NCBI RefSeq assembly: GCF_006345805.1
Contig: NC_043025.1
Coordinates: 372,001-436,000 of the forward strand
DNA: 64,000 nt
Source of the DNA: Octopus sinensis
Lineage: Eukaryota
Reading direction: 5' to 3'
Numbering within the stretch: the first letter of the stretch is position 1; every line of letters begins with the position of its first letter. Under the pieces are notes generated by a model, which did no database searches, was not told where the DNA came from, and was given only the letters and a program-made list of their open reading frames with translations. Below, piece by piece: positions 40,081 to 53,748 of the stretch. The position numbers and the translations under genes are program-made.

Positions 40081-42164
40081 GTATAAGCAGCAGGATATCC
40101 AGAGGTCATGCAGTAGGAACGTTTCAAGCGGCTCCATGTAATGATTTCCGGTATTTACTAATGGAATACTTGGGCGATAAAACATGCTAACTATATATCA
40201 ATAATAAGCTAAGAGGAATGATATAAGTTGTGAAGTTGCCGGCGATATTATATACAAGCTAATATAATTTCCTTGGGGTACATAATTAGGAGGTCTTACA
40301 TAAAGGACATTATAAAAATAATAATATGATCAGTAGGTTAGAACACCATAGAAAGGAATAAATAGTTTAATCACTAAAACCATTACTTGATTTATTTAAT
40401 TTAAACTCAAATTATTATTTATATAAAATTTTTGCCCGTGCTTTTTTAAAACTAATCATCATCATCATCGTTCGACCGTGGTCGAGACAATTGTAAATTC
40501 CATAGTCTTTTCAAATGGCTAATAATGTGTGCGCGCGCCGTTGCTACACGCATTGGAAAGCATTGTACAACCAAGCACCAAAGAAGGTCTTTCCTCCTCC
40601 ATGAAACAAAGCTGTTCCCGCTGGACGTCAACTCAGTATTTCTAAGCTACGGACCGAGTGATTTATTGTAAGGTTATCTCCCTAGACAGATTGCCTTCAC
40701 TACGGCTAAGGGAGCCCTTTCTACCCCACTAATACAGGTTGTACTGGTTTACAGTTTACCGGTAGTAGGATCCGATGCTGCATACATCGAACCTGACCTG
40801 ACAAGGGCAGCCTAATAGCTTTTTGATTCACTTCATTTCATAAGGCCAAGGGAGGGGGATAAAGAGAGGGAGAGAAATAGAAAAAGAGAAGGAAAGAGAT
40901 AAGAAAGAGAAGAGGAGATAATAGAAAGAGAAGAGAGGAATATAGGGGGCAGCACCAGTGAAGGAGGAGGAATTGGGAAAAGAGTTAACTTAAGGGGTGT
41001 TAACAAATTCCTGGACAGAACAAAACATAAGAAAGCCCACGAAGTATGTGTGAGAATAGACAACTGTTATAATTGTGGGAGGAGGGATATCCAGTAGGGA
41101 AGCACAGTAGAGATATCCGGTACTGGTGGTGGGGGTGGGTGAAGGCGGGCACACAGCGACAAGCAAGTTAGCTTAGGGACGATGTGGTGAAAGAAACGGA
41201 ATTAAACAAGAGGAGAAACGAGTAATTTACTTAACGAAATTCTAAGAAATGGAATTAAAATTATCTTTTGAGGGGTCATTGCCAATGGTTAGCTTACGGA
41301 AGAAAAACAACTACAAGCTGTCAATAATAAAACATTTAAGGTAATTAACGGCGAATGGAACCCAGGAATGGAAAAATGTGAGAGAAGGAAGAAGAAGAAG
41401 AGGAAATGTTTTTAGCTTGGTGTCTCGGGCATCGTTTGGTAAAGAAATGGAAGGGATCACATGACGCTAAGGGTTTTAAAATCGCAAGCTGCAACCGGAA
41501 GCGAGTTTAGCACAGTGAACTAAAGCTGACAGCGATTGGGTCCCCACTGCTCCAGAACATCCCCTGAAATTCAATCCCTGATCCCATTTTCCCAACAGAT
41601 GTCAATACACAAATCTCCAAGCTAAAGATTAACCGTATCGATCTCACTAATCCATAAACTTCTGCAAACGCCGTGTCTACTGCCACCTCTCCTCTTCACC
41701 AATATTAGTCTAAAGCATAACCAACGGGCACAAAAGCAACATTCTTACGATATTCATTGTCAGTGTTGCTATTCAATTTGTCACAGTAAAATCTATTTTA
41801 AACTTTCTTTGCGCTGCTGAGTTTTGCTACGAGTTTCGTATTATTGATTTCGTATTTTCGTTTAATCTGTAGCATCCGTGTATGCAAATGATTTGCTGAA
41901 ACGCAAAATTTCGTCCAAAGAGAAAAAAAGAAAAGATTTTTATATTAATTTCACTTTGTAATCCTTGATAAAATTTGTTTAGATTTGCCAGCTTTGACTG
42001 TTTCTGAGAGACCAGAGCTAAAAACTCAAATCAACAATCAGGGTACCTAAGATTTTTGGTGCTTTCTTACGTTGGAATAGACGTACCATAATTCTCGGAA
42101 AGTATTTGCCATATTCTTCAGAGAGTTTTTCGATATTACCTTCATCATTATTTTTCAGTTTGAA

Positions 42165-42600
42165 GGCGGCGAGCTGGCAGAAACATTTGCACGCCAAGCG
42201 AAATGCTTAGCGGCATTTCGTCTGTCTTTACATTCTGTGTTCAAATTCCGCCGAGGTCTGCTTTGCATTTCATCATTTCGGGGTCGATAAATTAAGTACC
42301 AGTTACGTACTGAGGCCGATTAATCGACTTAACCCGTTTGTTTGTCCTTGTTTGTCCCCTCTATGTTTAGCCCCGTCTGGGCAATAAAGAAATAAGAAAC
42401 GTTAGCAAACCGGGCAAAATGCTTAGCGGCAGTACGTCTGTCTTTACGTCCTCAGTTCAAATTCTGCCGAGGTCGACTTTGCCTTTAATCCTTTCGAGGT
42501 CGATAAATTAAGTACCAGTTACGTACTGGAATCGATCTACTCGACTGGCCCCAAATCTCCCCAAATTTTGGGCCTTGTGCCTAGAGTAGAAAAGATTATT
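42165..42600 (+). mobile_element. Tandem SINE dimer (GGCGGCGAGCTGGCAG family)
   Basis: Two head-to-tail units; absent from copy A. Confidence 0.85.
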
Positions 42601-43086
42601 TTTTACTTTGAATTTCAAACAATCTCACTTTTCAAGAGAAATTAATCAAATGCTATTGTTGTATTTCGTTGTATTTCGTATATTATCTAGATGATGATTA
42701 AGAAACGTTAAGGATTTCGGCTGTCTATGGTATTTAGTAAAGACCCGTTACGTTTTGTGATCAAATTCTGTCCAGGATAACCTTATGTTTCATTTTTTGA
42801 AGGTCGATTAAATAATACCCAAGTGCTCCAGGGGTACTTGGGTAAATTCACTAATCTTATAAACCTTCAAATGTGTGAATAGATTTATAAGAGAAGACTA
42901 ATTTAATACGAAAAACATTAGAAATAAATATAAATTTACAAAAGAATTATCATAATTAAATTGATTTTATTGATAAAGAAACACACATTTTATCTGATAT
43001 AATTATTATAAGCAAATGTGATCCGTTGAAGTCTTGCTCACATTTCATGGAGAAGTAAATAATTTTGGGGCGAATTCCAATAAAAT

Positions 43087-43277
43087 TCAGATCAGTTTCT
43101 TTAGTAGGCACTTAGTGTTAGTATATGAAAAGGCGGTACATGTAGAAGATACCATACATAAATGTGAACAATCCAAGACCGAGTGAGCATCCATTTGGGC
43201 ATCGGTTGCAAGGCTGAGATATGGATTTGGTTTGAATGAAAAAGTTGAATAAGCCGTCAAATCATTAATTTCTTTTT
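43087..43277 (-). CDS. Paralogous terminal PAN3 exon (gene copy B; may be a pseudogene)
   Basis: Same acceptor, length (191 nt) and stop as 15215-15405; 9 amino-acid differences, all Cys kept. Confidence 0.7.
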
Positions 43278-43699
43278 CTGCAATAAAAAAAGAAAGCGAA
43301 ATCACAAGAAATATAACAATATAAATGAAATTATTTCTCTTCATTGACAATGTACAAGGCAAACAAATAGATAGGGCCTATTGATTCGATAGATCGATGT
43401 TATTAATGTTCCGTTTGGACATCTTTAGGTTAGTGTGAGTAGGGAGTGAGTTCCTGAGTGTTGCATAATCTAGGAAGGAAGGATTAGGAATAATAATTGA
43501 TGGGGGATCTGGCTGGTGAAATAGCATGTGTGACTGGAGAGTGAGAAGGGGCATGTGGCTGGTTATCTCGGAGGTAGAGTGGTTCTCGTATTACCAGCGA
43601 GATGCATTAAGGTATTTCCGAGCAAGTTAGTAATGAAGCGTGTTGTGATATTTAATGACAGTTAGGATTAATATTAACCTATCTACCAGATTTTAAATG

Positions 43700-44998
43700 A
43701 AGATGATGTATTAAACAGTTCCCGGACTAGTTCTGTAGCGCGCCAACAGATGGCAGCACACGGTTGATGCGCAGTAGGAGCTAGCAGTGATGGTGATGAG
43801 GCACTGGGATGAGTGATATTGCTGCGTTTACTTTGCAAGATGTGAAAGTTTTGATATTGTAAGCTGCAATCTGCGATTTCGTGATGGGCAGGAGGTTGGA
43901 ACAAAGAGCCAACGTGGAATTTGGCGTTAAATTTGGTACGACTTCTACAGAGACATTGATTATGCTTTGGCAAAATTACGGTAACGAGGGAATTGATTTT
44001 ACGCAATGTTACGAGTGGCACGTGCTCTTCTAAAACAAAATAACATCCCTAGAAGACGAAGAGCGATCTGGAAGATTTACCACGGGCGTCACCCCAGGAG
44101 ATGTGGAGAAAATTCCTAAACTTGGGAATGATGATCGCCGGAGGACAATCAGCGACATTGCTGATGTTGTTGGTCTGTCGTGTGGATTCGTACAGACAAT
44201 CTTAACATCTGAACTGGACATCCGGTGTGTCTCTGCCAAGTTTGTCCCTCCTACTGAACAATCAGTAGAAAGAACATTGCGTCAATGTCTGTCAAGATGT
44301 CAGTCAGCCTGCCGCTGTTGACTGATCCTTCATGTCAAGGATCATTATTGGTAATGAGAGTTGGATCCACAAATACGACCCTGAGATGAAGCAGCAATTG
44401 TCACAATGGAAAATCCCTTCATCTCCACGACCTAAGACAGCAGGACAGAACAGCAGTTCAATCAAGAGCATGCTGATCGTTTTTGTTTTCAACATCTGCA
44501 TTATTGTGCATCAAGAATTCATCCCCCAGAGCCACACAGTGAATTGGCAGTTCTTACTACGACGTTTTGAGAAAGGACATTCGGCGAAACGACCGGTTAT
44601 GCAGATCGCGAAAAACCGGATTCTTCATGGCCACAATGCACCCTGCTACCGAGTTCTCCTCACTCGTGAATTTCTTGCCAAAAACTACACGGTATCGCTT
44701 CTACATCAACCCTATTCGTCACATTTAGCCGACTTCCTGCAGACTTCCATCTCTTCCCCAAGACTAAAAGGCAATCGAAAGGTCGCCATTTTAACACCTT
44801 TGTCCTTTTCCTGAACCGAATCGCAGATGGTCCTCGAGTCGCTGAAGGAAAACGACTTTCAGGTCGGATACCAAAAGTGGCAGAACGCTGAGACCGGTCT
44901 ATTTCCGCACAAGTCGACTATTCTGAAGGAGATGATGTGAAACTTGGACAATTTATTTTTCAATAAACATAACGGGAAGTTTTTGGTACCACTTCGTA
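43700..44998 (+). mobile_element. Decayed mariner, duplicate of 15825-17127
   Basis: Near-identical sequence. Confidence 0.9.
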
Positions 44999-45779
44999 AT
45001 TGTGGATCAGTTTTACTACATCTTTTAAAAAGGCTATTAATTATTAAATTAATGCTAATCTATTTAACAAAGAATAAGTAGAACTAATAATGCGATGAAG
45101 AAGAAAGCGATATTTATTAATTTCTATATATTTTTTCGGCAAGAACTGGACACAGAAGATCAATGAATAAAAGATGAACAAGAAACAGAAACAAAGAACG
45201 CAAAAAATAAACAATAAAAATTGGTCTTACCATCAAGAAAGAAATAAGAGTCGAAAATGCTTATACCACATCCTACAGAGTTAATCTTCTCTAATGCACG
45301 TGACTGCTTGAAATCATTCCAAAGTTCTGAAATGGAATAAAAATAAAAATAGTTTCCTAGTTCCCTCGTGGATGTGATAACATTAATGATTTCTTTAATA
45401 TCAATCAAGAAATCCCAATCTCCTTAATACAATCGACTTCCCTATTTATATAAGACGATTTTATATAAGAAATCATTACTTCTTTAATATATGTTGAGTT
45501 TTATTTACTATCAGTTATTTCTAGTATCGGTTGAAGGCCTAAGTTATGAAGATAGGGGGCAGACTTTTAGAAAGGTTCTAGGATGTTACTGGTAGTTTTG
45601 AAATCTCATTGAAACCTTTCTTTATGTGTAATTAGACCGCATTGGAAAAGGAAAACCAATATTTTTCTTCCTTGAGAGTTTGATGACTTATTTAGAGTAT
45701 ATCTAAATCATTTTTATTGCTGTATGCTATATTTTAATATAGAAAAATAAACAACAACAAAAAACAAATCCGTCGTACA

Positions 45780-46800
45780 CGCGACATCAACGCTTGGGTA
45801 TTGAGCGAGTTTGTGCAGAACACTTGCGCCATTTGTGTGCGTCTCAGGCAGACTTCAATTGACAGCGTTTTTATGTGGCGTGTATAGTTTATACCGAGCT
45901 TGTAGTATCTACTGGCGCAAAACCTTTGGAAATTATCTCTGGGCTCTGGCTTGCAGATAGAACGGACCAGTCTGTTGACGGTTGCCGACACCCAGAGTCT
46001 TCTCAACAACACCGTCGCTCTTTTTTACCACAGTTCATCCGTAGAACACCAAACTGGGGTTTCTGTATTGGTTGACTGGCAGTGGGTTGTGAGCGTCTGC
46101 CGACGCTCTAGGTGTGTCAGAAAATCTGTCTTAGTCTACGCTTGATCCTGCTTGACTGTAAAACTTCCAAAGAGACGAGCTGCGGAAAAGTGAGTTTGAG
46201 AAACGACGACCACACCTGCTGAGTGCCAATCAAACTCTGGAGGTGTCGCAACCGCAGCGCACGACTGCCCATCGTCAGCCAGGGCATGCCCAGTTTTCCA
46301 TCTAGTAGGTGTCGACAGCAAATGGATCGTATGACGAGTGAAACGTGTGAATTCCAAAGAATGCGGAAGACAGGTGGCAATATATGATGGAAATGGTGTA
46401 AGCATTCGCCGCCTCTGTTCCACCTTCCAAGGATAACTTCTTCTCGGCTAATTTCTGAGTAAAGTTGGTCACCCTGCTCTTTCCAGAGCTTCTCTACATG
46501 GAGATCTGGACGAAACCAGTTACCGAGTAATTTTCCCTGCCCGTCCATCCAGCGCATAATGTTGTTGTTGGACTGATCGACCAACATCTCTAGGCACAGA
46601 GCTGCAGAACGAGTTTTGATGACACTGCCTCGTAGTCCCTTAGAGGTTGCTGTCAGACTCTGTGACAATGCGTTTAATAAAGTTATAGTCCGAAAATTAT
46701 CACGAGATTCCCGTTGTTCGGGTCACTTCCCAGCTGTGATACCACTGTCCTACTCACAGCAATGGGAATTACCCTGTTTTGCAGCCATTCCTAGTTAATA
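45780..46800 (-). mobile_element. Tx1/L1-like remnant, duplicate of 17886-18950
   Basis: Collinear homology. Confidence 0.75.
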
Positions 46801-47089
46801 TTTGTCAAGAGGTCTTCAAAGAAGTGTGGCATGCAAAAGTAAAATTCATAGGGCAGAACATCGAGACCAAGAGATTTTTTCCTCCAACATCCGTTCAGTC
46901 AACCCGTATTTCAGCAGCCTTATCAGCTCTTGGCAGCATTCCGTCTACACACACACAGACTTGCATGCATGAAAACACACGTAGGTATGTTTGTACGTAT
47001 TTTTGTACGCATACACACACACGTACACACACACACACATACACGCCCCCCCCCCGCCACAGAAACTCCAATCAACGCGCGCTATCCGT

Positions 47090-48800
47090 AATGAGAAAAC
47101 CATGCATAATGTGAAAAGGCCAAAATCAATCGTCAGTAAAACAAAAAATAATGAGAATCTTTAGAATATTAATAAATTTATACCCAGAGGGTCTCACAAG
47201 GGACAAGTAACAAGACTCTTTTACAAACTTCCGATGCAAATCTAAATTCTTCAATGGCGCACCAAATATTCACAAAAAGTGAAGAAATTAGTGAAGTTTG
47301 GAAAAGAACCACTGACATATACATCAATGTCACCTGGACAAATGATTTGAAATTAAGGCCAATAAAAACAGGCCCTGCACGTGAAGTCCACCGTCTCTAG
47401 AATTTTTTAGATATCCTTTGAAGCCATTTCTCAAGTATATCAAAGCTTCGTAAGAGATGACCTAGATATTCTAAATCATTTCCCGAAAATACTCAACGAA
47501 TAAACTTCGGTAGTATCTTTCAATGCAGTGAATTTTTATTTAAACTCCTTTCGCCGCTTGGGAATTGAGGTTATGCAATTCTTTTTGGTTAATAATATAG
47601 ATGGACTCACCCATCGCATAAAAAGAAGAATTTATAATAGAGCGGCTAAAATTTATTCAGAAAATAATTACTTTACGCTCAATGCCAACATTTTCCGACA
47701 AAAACTGGAACTGTCTGCGTTGCGACCGAAAACAGAACCCGCATTTGCGAATCTAGTAATTACACTATAATAAATAAAAAAAGAAAACATGAGGAAAATA
47801 TGGAAACTCTTTCTCCATATACAACCAAAAAAAACTGGAAAAGCTCGACGATTGCATCTTTCTTCGGAATGGAAGCTTAAGGAAGCTAAAAGAATTTGAA
47901 ACACTCTTCAATAAAATTAAGGAAAATATTCAATTCAATATAGAATATAGTCATAAACAATCTTCATTTTCGGAATTCCTTATGACGAATGTCTCAACCA
48001 AATAGAAATGGACATTTATTATAAACCAACGGACGCCAGACGATATCTTTCATTCAATTCATGCCATCAGAGGCATACCAGAATGAATGTCCCTTGTAAC
48101 AAAGCTAAAAGTATTTGTACAATAGTATCTGATACAAACATCCGTGACATAAGACCCCCAAGAACGGAATGATGCATGTCTTGATAGGAATAATTCATAT
48201 TAATTCCATAACATGCAGTTACTGAAGAAAGACCGCAAATTAAGCCAAATCCTCCAGACAAACTATCTTAAAGAGTAATAGACAACTGAAATTAATAACA
48301 AAATATTTAACAAAGACCAAACTTCCCACAATAGCGATAAAAGAGAAAAAGAAGCGTAAAAATGCGGAAGATTCAAATGTGGTTTATGTTTCAGTCTAAG
48401 AGAAGGGACAGAGAACCGTTTAGGCAAGGACAAGTCTTCACATTAACAAAAATCTTTATTTCTGCAACTAAAAACTTAATCTAGGCAATAACATTCTCAG
48501 GATGTGTGACATTTTACATCGGATAGGCAAAAAACGTTTTAAGGCATCGCATGAGCCTTCGTCGATCGGAAATTAAAATACAGGAATACAGAAGATAGGA
48601 TTCAGTGAATATATAGAAACAGGCGCAAGCAGAAACAACCAAACTTTACGATGTTTTCTCTCAATGAATTTGGTGGTTATACAATTGAACGGCAATATAC
48701 CAATAAAGAAATGTCTTTCATAACAAAATACTAAACGAGTCTAAATTCATTTGGCAGAGAAAGGGAGGCAACAACAATCAACGAGAATACTGCAACCCTT
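47090..48800 (+). mobile_element. Penelope-like remnant, duplicate of ~19960-21500
   Basis: Near-identical from ~47300. Confidence 0.75.
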
Positions 48801-49110
48801 ATTTGGGTTACTATGGACATTGGAAAACGTCTTAGAAAATTTTAAAGTACCACAAAAAACCGTTAGAAGGAAAAACTTTTAAATGCTGAGAAAACCTCTC
48901 AGATTTTCTGACAACGATTCACAAAATCTCGGAAATATCAAAGAATCTCAAAAGTGTTTTTGAAAAGTCTCAAAAGTTTTAATGTTCTAAAGTTTCAGAA
49001 GCTTCAAAAAGATCCTGCATGTCAGACATAGAGGGGGAGATAGACAGATAGAGAGGGAGGTAGAGAGATGCATAAATGAATATATATATATATATATATA
49101 TATATGGATT

Positions 49111-49322
49111 CATACATATGAGAGGGATGACCACTATGTGGACAACCATTTTGCTAGAAGTATATCGCTATGGTCTTACCACTATGAAATATTCTTAATA
49201 AAATTTAGCAAACACCAGATCACCTAAATTTTCTTGAGAATATTTCTTAGTGGTAAGATCATAGCGGATCTACTTCTAGCATAATGCTTGTCCACATAGT
49301 GGTCATCCCTCTCATATGTATG
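49111..49322. mobile_element. MITE / fold-back element
   Basis: Long TIRs CATACATATGAGAGGGATGACCACTATGTGGACAA ... TTGTCCACATAGTGGTCATCCCTCTCATATGTATG. Confidence 0.85.
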
Positions 49323-49440
49323 TAATACAATTTACTGAGTCTTCAGATGTTAATATGCTAGACCACTGGTTTTAAATTGATGTTAATCAAATTAATTTCC
49401 AATGTTTCACCCTCATTTCAAATATATATATATGTATATA

Positions 49441-49931
49441 TACGTGGTCTGATCAGTAAGTATCCGGACCGTTGCCATACTAACGAAGCTAAAGCATATA
49501 TAGTGAAGCTGCTTGGCAGACCTTGACCTTGAATACTAATGTGCACGCACTCTAAGTTTTAACGCTGTAGCTCACTTCCGCTGTTTACTGCGGTGCTTGG
49601 ATTGAAGGTGTGTAGCCGGTGATCGTCGCATTGAAGATGACAGAGAACCTGCATCAAATTTTGACAAAAGCTTGGCAATACCTGCTCAGAGGCCTCTGCA
49701 AAGTTTTCAAAATGTTTTCATTGTTCTCAAGGATATCTTGTACAACTGAATCGTACAATTGTGTATGGTTCATACACTCCTCTCCATACACTTTCTGCAA
49801 CTTTGTGTAGGCCTCTGAGCAAGTATTGCTGACAAATTTTTCATGGTCAGCGAGACGAGCACACGCTACACATGTTCATTCCAAGCACTGTTGTAACCAT
49901 AGCAACGGATACTTATTGATCAGAACTCGTA
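49441..49931. mobile_element. Non-autonomous mariner-like element (paralog of 22511-23299, shorter)
   Basis: TIRs TACGTGGTCTGATCAGTAAGTATCCG / CGGATACTTATTGATCAGAACTCGTA. Confidence 0.7.
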
Positions 49932-49953
49932 TATATATATATATATATATATA

Positions 49954-49984
<31 letters not shown>

Positions 49985-51052
49985 CGGGGGACAGAGAGAG
50001 AGATGTGTAGCTAACGATATACGCAACCAGATAAAAAATTGATAGGTAAATTAGTTAATTAAGTAGGTAGATCGGATATATAGATACATCGATAGATGAA
50101 TATATATATATGTATATATGTGTATATATATCAAGATAGGGTGGGAGAGGGAGACAGCTAGAGCGATAGAAAGATAGACAGACGGTTGAAAGGTAGATCG
50201 ATAGTAAAATATTTTGAGAGAACCTACATGTGGCGTGTAATATGTGGAGAGTCTTGTTGCTGGTTGTTAAGTTTAATCATGTGACGGTTTTCGGATGAAA
50301 GATTCTTCAGCAGAGGTTCTTTCTTTTTGCTTTTGTTTTTGGTCGTTGTTAGAGCTGGTCAAAGGCTCGGAAGTAGTAGATGTACTTCTAGCCTTCGAGC
50401 TCATTCCGGTTGTTCAAGTTGGGTAATTTATTCCTAATGAAGTGTGCCATCGTAATTCTAAGATTGACTGCGACCCTTCCCCACACTTGGATCTGTCCCC
50501 ACTCTCCTGTACAAGGGTGGACAAAACCCGACCACATTGCTGGTGGTGTTGGAACACGGCACTGGGTGGTGTGGCCTTGTGGAGATGCTCCTTCCCTCTA
50601 ACGTGCATCTGTCTTTTGGGCGATCCCATGTATGTCTCCCACCAAGATCACCTCATGAGATGTAAAACAGCACTGGACGCTGTCCGTTGGCTGCCTTGCT
50701 TTCATTGGACAATGGTTCCAACAGCATGTGTCCGGTGCATTGTTGGTGTGTGAGAGATAGTGTCTAAACCTGTGGTTTCGTCTCAAGATTTTGAAGAGGA
50801 GACCAGATATTTTGATCAGGATGTCAACCTACGTGCAGGAAGCGAGAATGCCCTTCAACCGTATCACTTTGCTTGGCAAACCTACCGTGAGCTCTCCTAC
50901 CTTTCTTTTGGTGGTCACCTCATCCCATCCACTTCTCGAGTCCACTTGGTCCTGCTCTATTCACAATGGGTATTGGCGATATGACCAAGATGATAGCCGA
51001 CCGAGACTTAAGTGTCTGGTACCTTGATGACGCTTCTTTGGAAGGCCCGCCT

Positions 51053-51380
51053 GAAATGGAGAAACTTTCAAAATACAAAGACCTGGAAATAGAGGTAACC
51101 AGAATGAGGAATCTAAAAACAGAAACAATTCCTATCATAGTAGGTGCATTAGGCATGATAAAAAAATATTCAGACAAATACATAACAAAAACACCAGGAC
51201 TTACAAACACATATAACATACAGAAAATTGCACTACTAGGCACTGCACACATCCTACGCAGAACACTTTCCATACAATAACCATCAGAGCATCACAACAA
51301 ATCACAGCACATACCCAAGCACATACACAGAGCTGTACTCGGTAGTGAAGTGAAAGCACGCTATAAAAATAAAACTACTG
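51053..51380 (+). mobile_element. Dong family A 3' end at the deletion junction
   Basis: Matches 28857-29180. Confidence 0.85.
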
Positions 51381-51448
51381 AATGATAATAATAATAATAT
51401 TAATAATAATAATAATATAATAATAATAATAATGATAATAATAATAAC

Positions 51449-51493
<45 letters not shown>

Positions 51494-51495
<2 letters not shown>

Positions 51496-53677
51496 GGCAT
51501 TTACTGCAGTGATATCGCAAAGGCTGAACAAGCACCTGGACGAAAACAAACTGTTCCCAGAAGAGCAGAAAGGATGCCGCAAAGGCTCATATGGCTGTAA
51601 AGATCAACTAATGATTAATAAAGCCATAACTGAAGACAGCCACAGAAAGAAGAAAGGCCTCAGTATGGCCTGGATTGACTACACAAAGGCGTTTGATAGC
51701 ATCCCCCACACATGGATCCTCGAAACACTAGCCATTAACAAAGTGGCACCAACAATTATAAAATTCATAGGGCACTCTATGAATAAATGGCAAACAGTCC
51801 TACACCTCCAAACAAAAGAGAGACTCATGAAAACCAAAGACTTCCCCATTAGAAGAGGAATATTCCAGGGAGAACACGCTCTCTCCACTCCTTTTCTGCT
51901 TTGCACTGTCACCTCTATCTGATATGCTAAATAGAACTGGATGCGGATATAAATGTTACGGCAAAACGATCAGCCACCTTTTATATATGGATGACCTAAA
52001 ACTATACGCTGCAAATGACAAACAGCTGGAAATACTATTAAAGACAGTTCATGGATTTACCAAAGAAATAGATATGAAATTTGGATTAGAAAAATGCGCC
52101 AAAGTACCATGAAAAAAGGAAAACTAGTTAAGAGTAGCAACATCACACTAGATAAAACCAATGAAATAAAAGAATTAGACCAAAGCAAAAACTTACAAAT
52201 ACTTAGGAATCCATGAACTAGATAAGACACAACACACACAAATGAAAGAGAAAATAAAAAACGAATATTATAGACGAGTTAGATCAATACTAAAAACAGA
52301 GCTCAATGCTAAAAACAAGATAATAGGTATCACACTTTAGCTGTCCACGTTATAAGTTACAGCTACAATATCCTTAACTGGACACGAAATGAACTGTCCA
52401 AATAGATAGAAAACAAGAAAAATACTGACAGGATCTAGGATGCATCACCCAAAATCTGACATAGAAAGACTATATATACAACGTATAGAAGGTGGTAGAG
52501 GCCTTATACAGCTGGAAAACTACTATAAAATAACCACCATAGGACTGCAAAAATATCTACTTCAGAAGGAAGGAAAACTGATCCAGAAAGCGGCAAAACA
52601 CGAGCAAAACAAAAAACTGTTCTCAGTATTTAAGGAAGCTGACAAATACAAACAAGAATCATACCACCTAATAACATGGAGAAGAAGAAGAAGAAGAGAA
52701 GAAGAAGAAGAAGAAGAAGAAGAAGAAGAAGAAGAAGAAGAAGAAGAAGAAGATGAAGAAACAACAAAAGCTATAAAACAAATGAAATCCAAACTAAAAA
52801 TAGAACAGCAACGAACCATGATAAAACGATGGCAAGAAAAGCCCCTTCATGGTAAATACTGGACTAAACTAAACGCAAAAGAAATAGACAAAGAAAAATC
52901 CCAGCAATGGTTGAGAAGCTCAGGACTCAAAGCAGAAACAGAGGGATTTTTAATTGCAGCACAAGACCAAAGCCTCCCCACCAGAATTACCAAAACATGT
53001 AATGAAAAGAAATATAACAAGTAACTGCAGAATATGTGGAGATGGACAAGAAACAATAAATCATATTATCTCTGGCTGCCCAGTCCTGGCTAAGAAGGAT
53101 ATATTCACAGACATGACAGAGTTGGAACCTACATACATTGGAAGCTATGCCAACATTATGGAATAACAACAGAAAAAAGATGGTATAGGCACACACCAGA
53201 AAAGGTCACAGAAACGAGAAAGCACCATACTCTGGATATGCCGATACACACAAATAGAGAAATTAAGGCCAACAGACCAGATATAGTTGTCAGAGATCAT
53301 GAAAAAAAATGCTTTCTAATTGATGTATCAATACCGGCAGATGACAACATGTCTCTAAAAGAAATGAAACTCTCAAAATACAAAGACCTGGAAATAGAGG
53401 TAACTAGAATGTGGAATCTGAAAACAGAAACAATTCCTATCATAGTAGGTGCATTAGGCATGATAAAAAATATTCAGACAAATACATAACAAAAACACCA
53501 GGACTTACAAACACATATAACATACAGAAAATTGCACTACTAGGCACTGCACACATCCTACGCAGAACACTTTCCATACAATAACCATCAGAACATCACA
53601 ACAATCACAGCACATACCCAAGGCACACAGAGCTGTGCTCGGTAGTGAAGTGAAAGCACGCTATAAAAATAAAACTA

Positions 53678-53680
<3 letters not shown>
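51494..53680 (+). mobile_element. R4/Dong-like family A, 5'-truncated copy
   Basis: Matches 27034-29180; (AAT)n on both sides. Confidence 0.9.
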
Positions 53681-53745
<65 letters not shown>

Positions 53746-53748
<3 letters not shown>

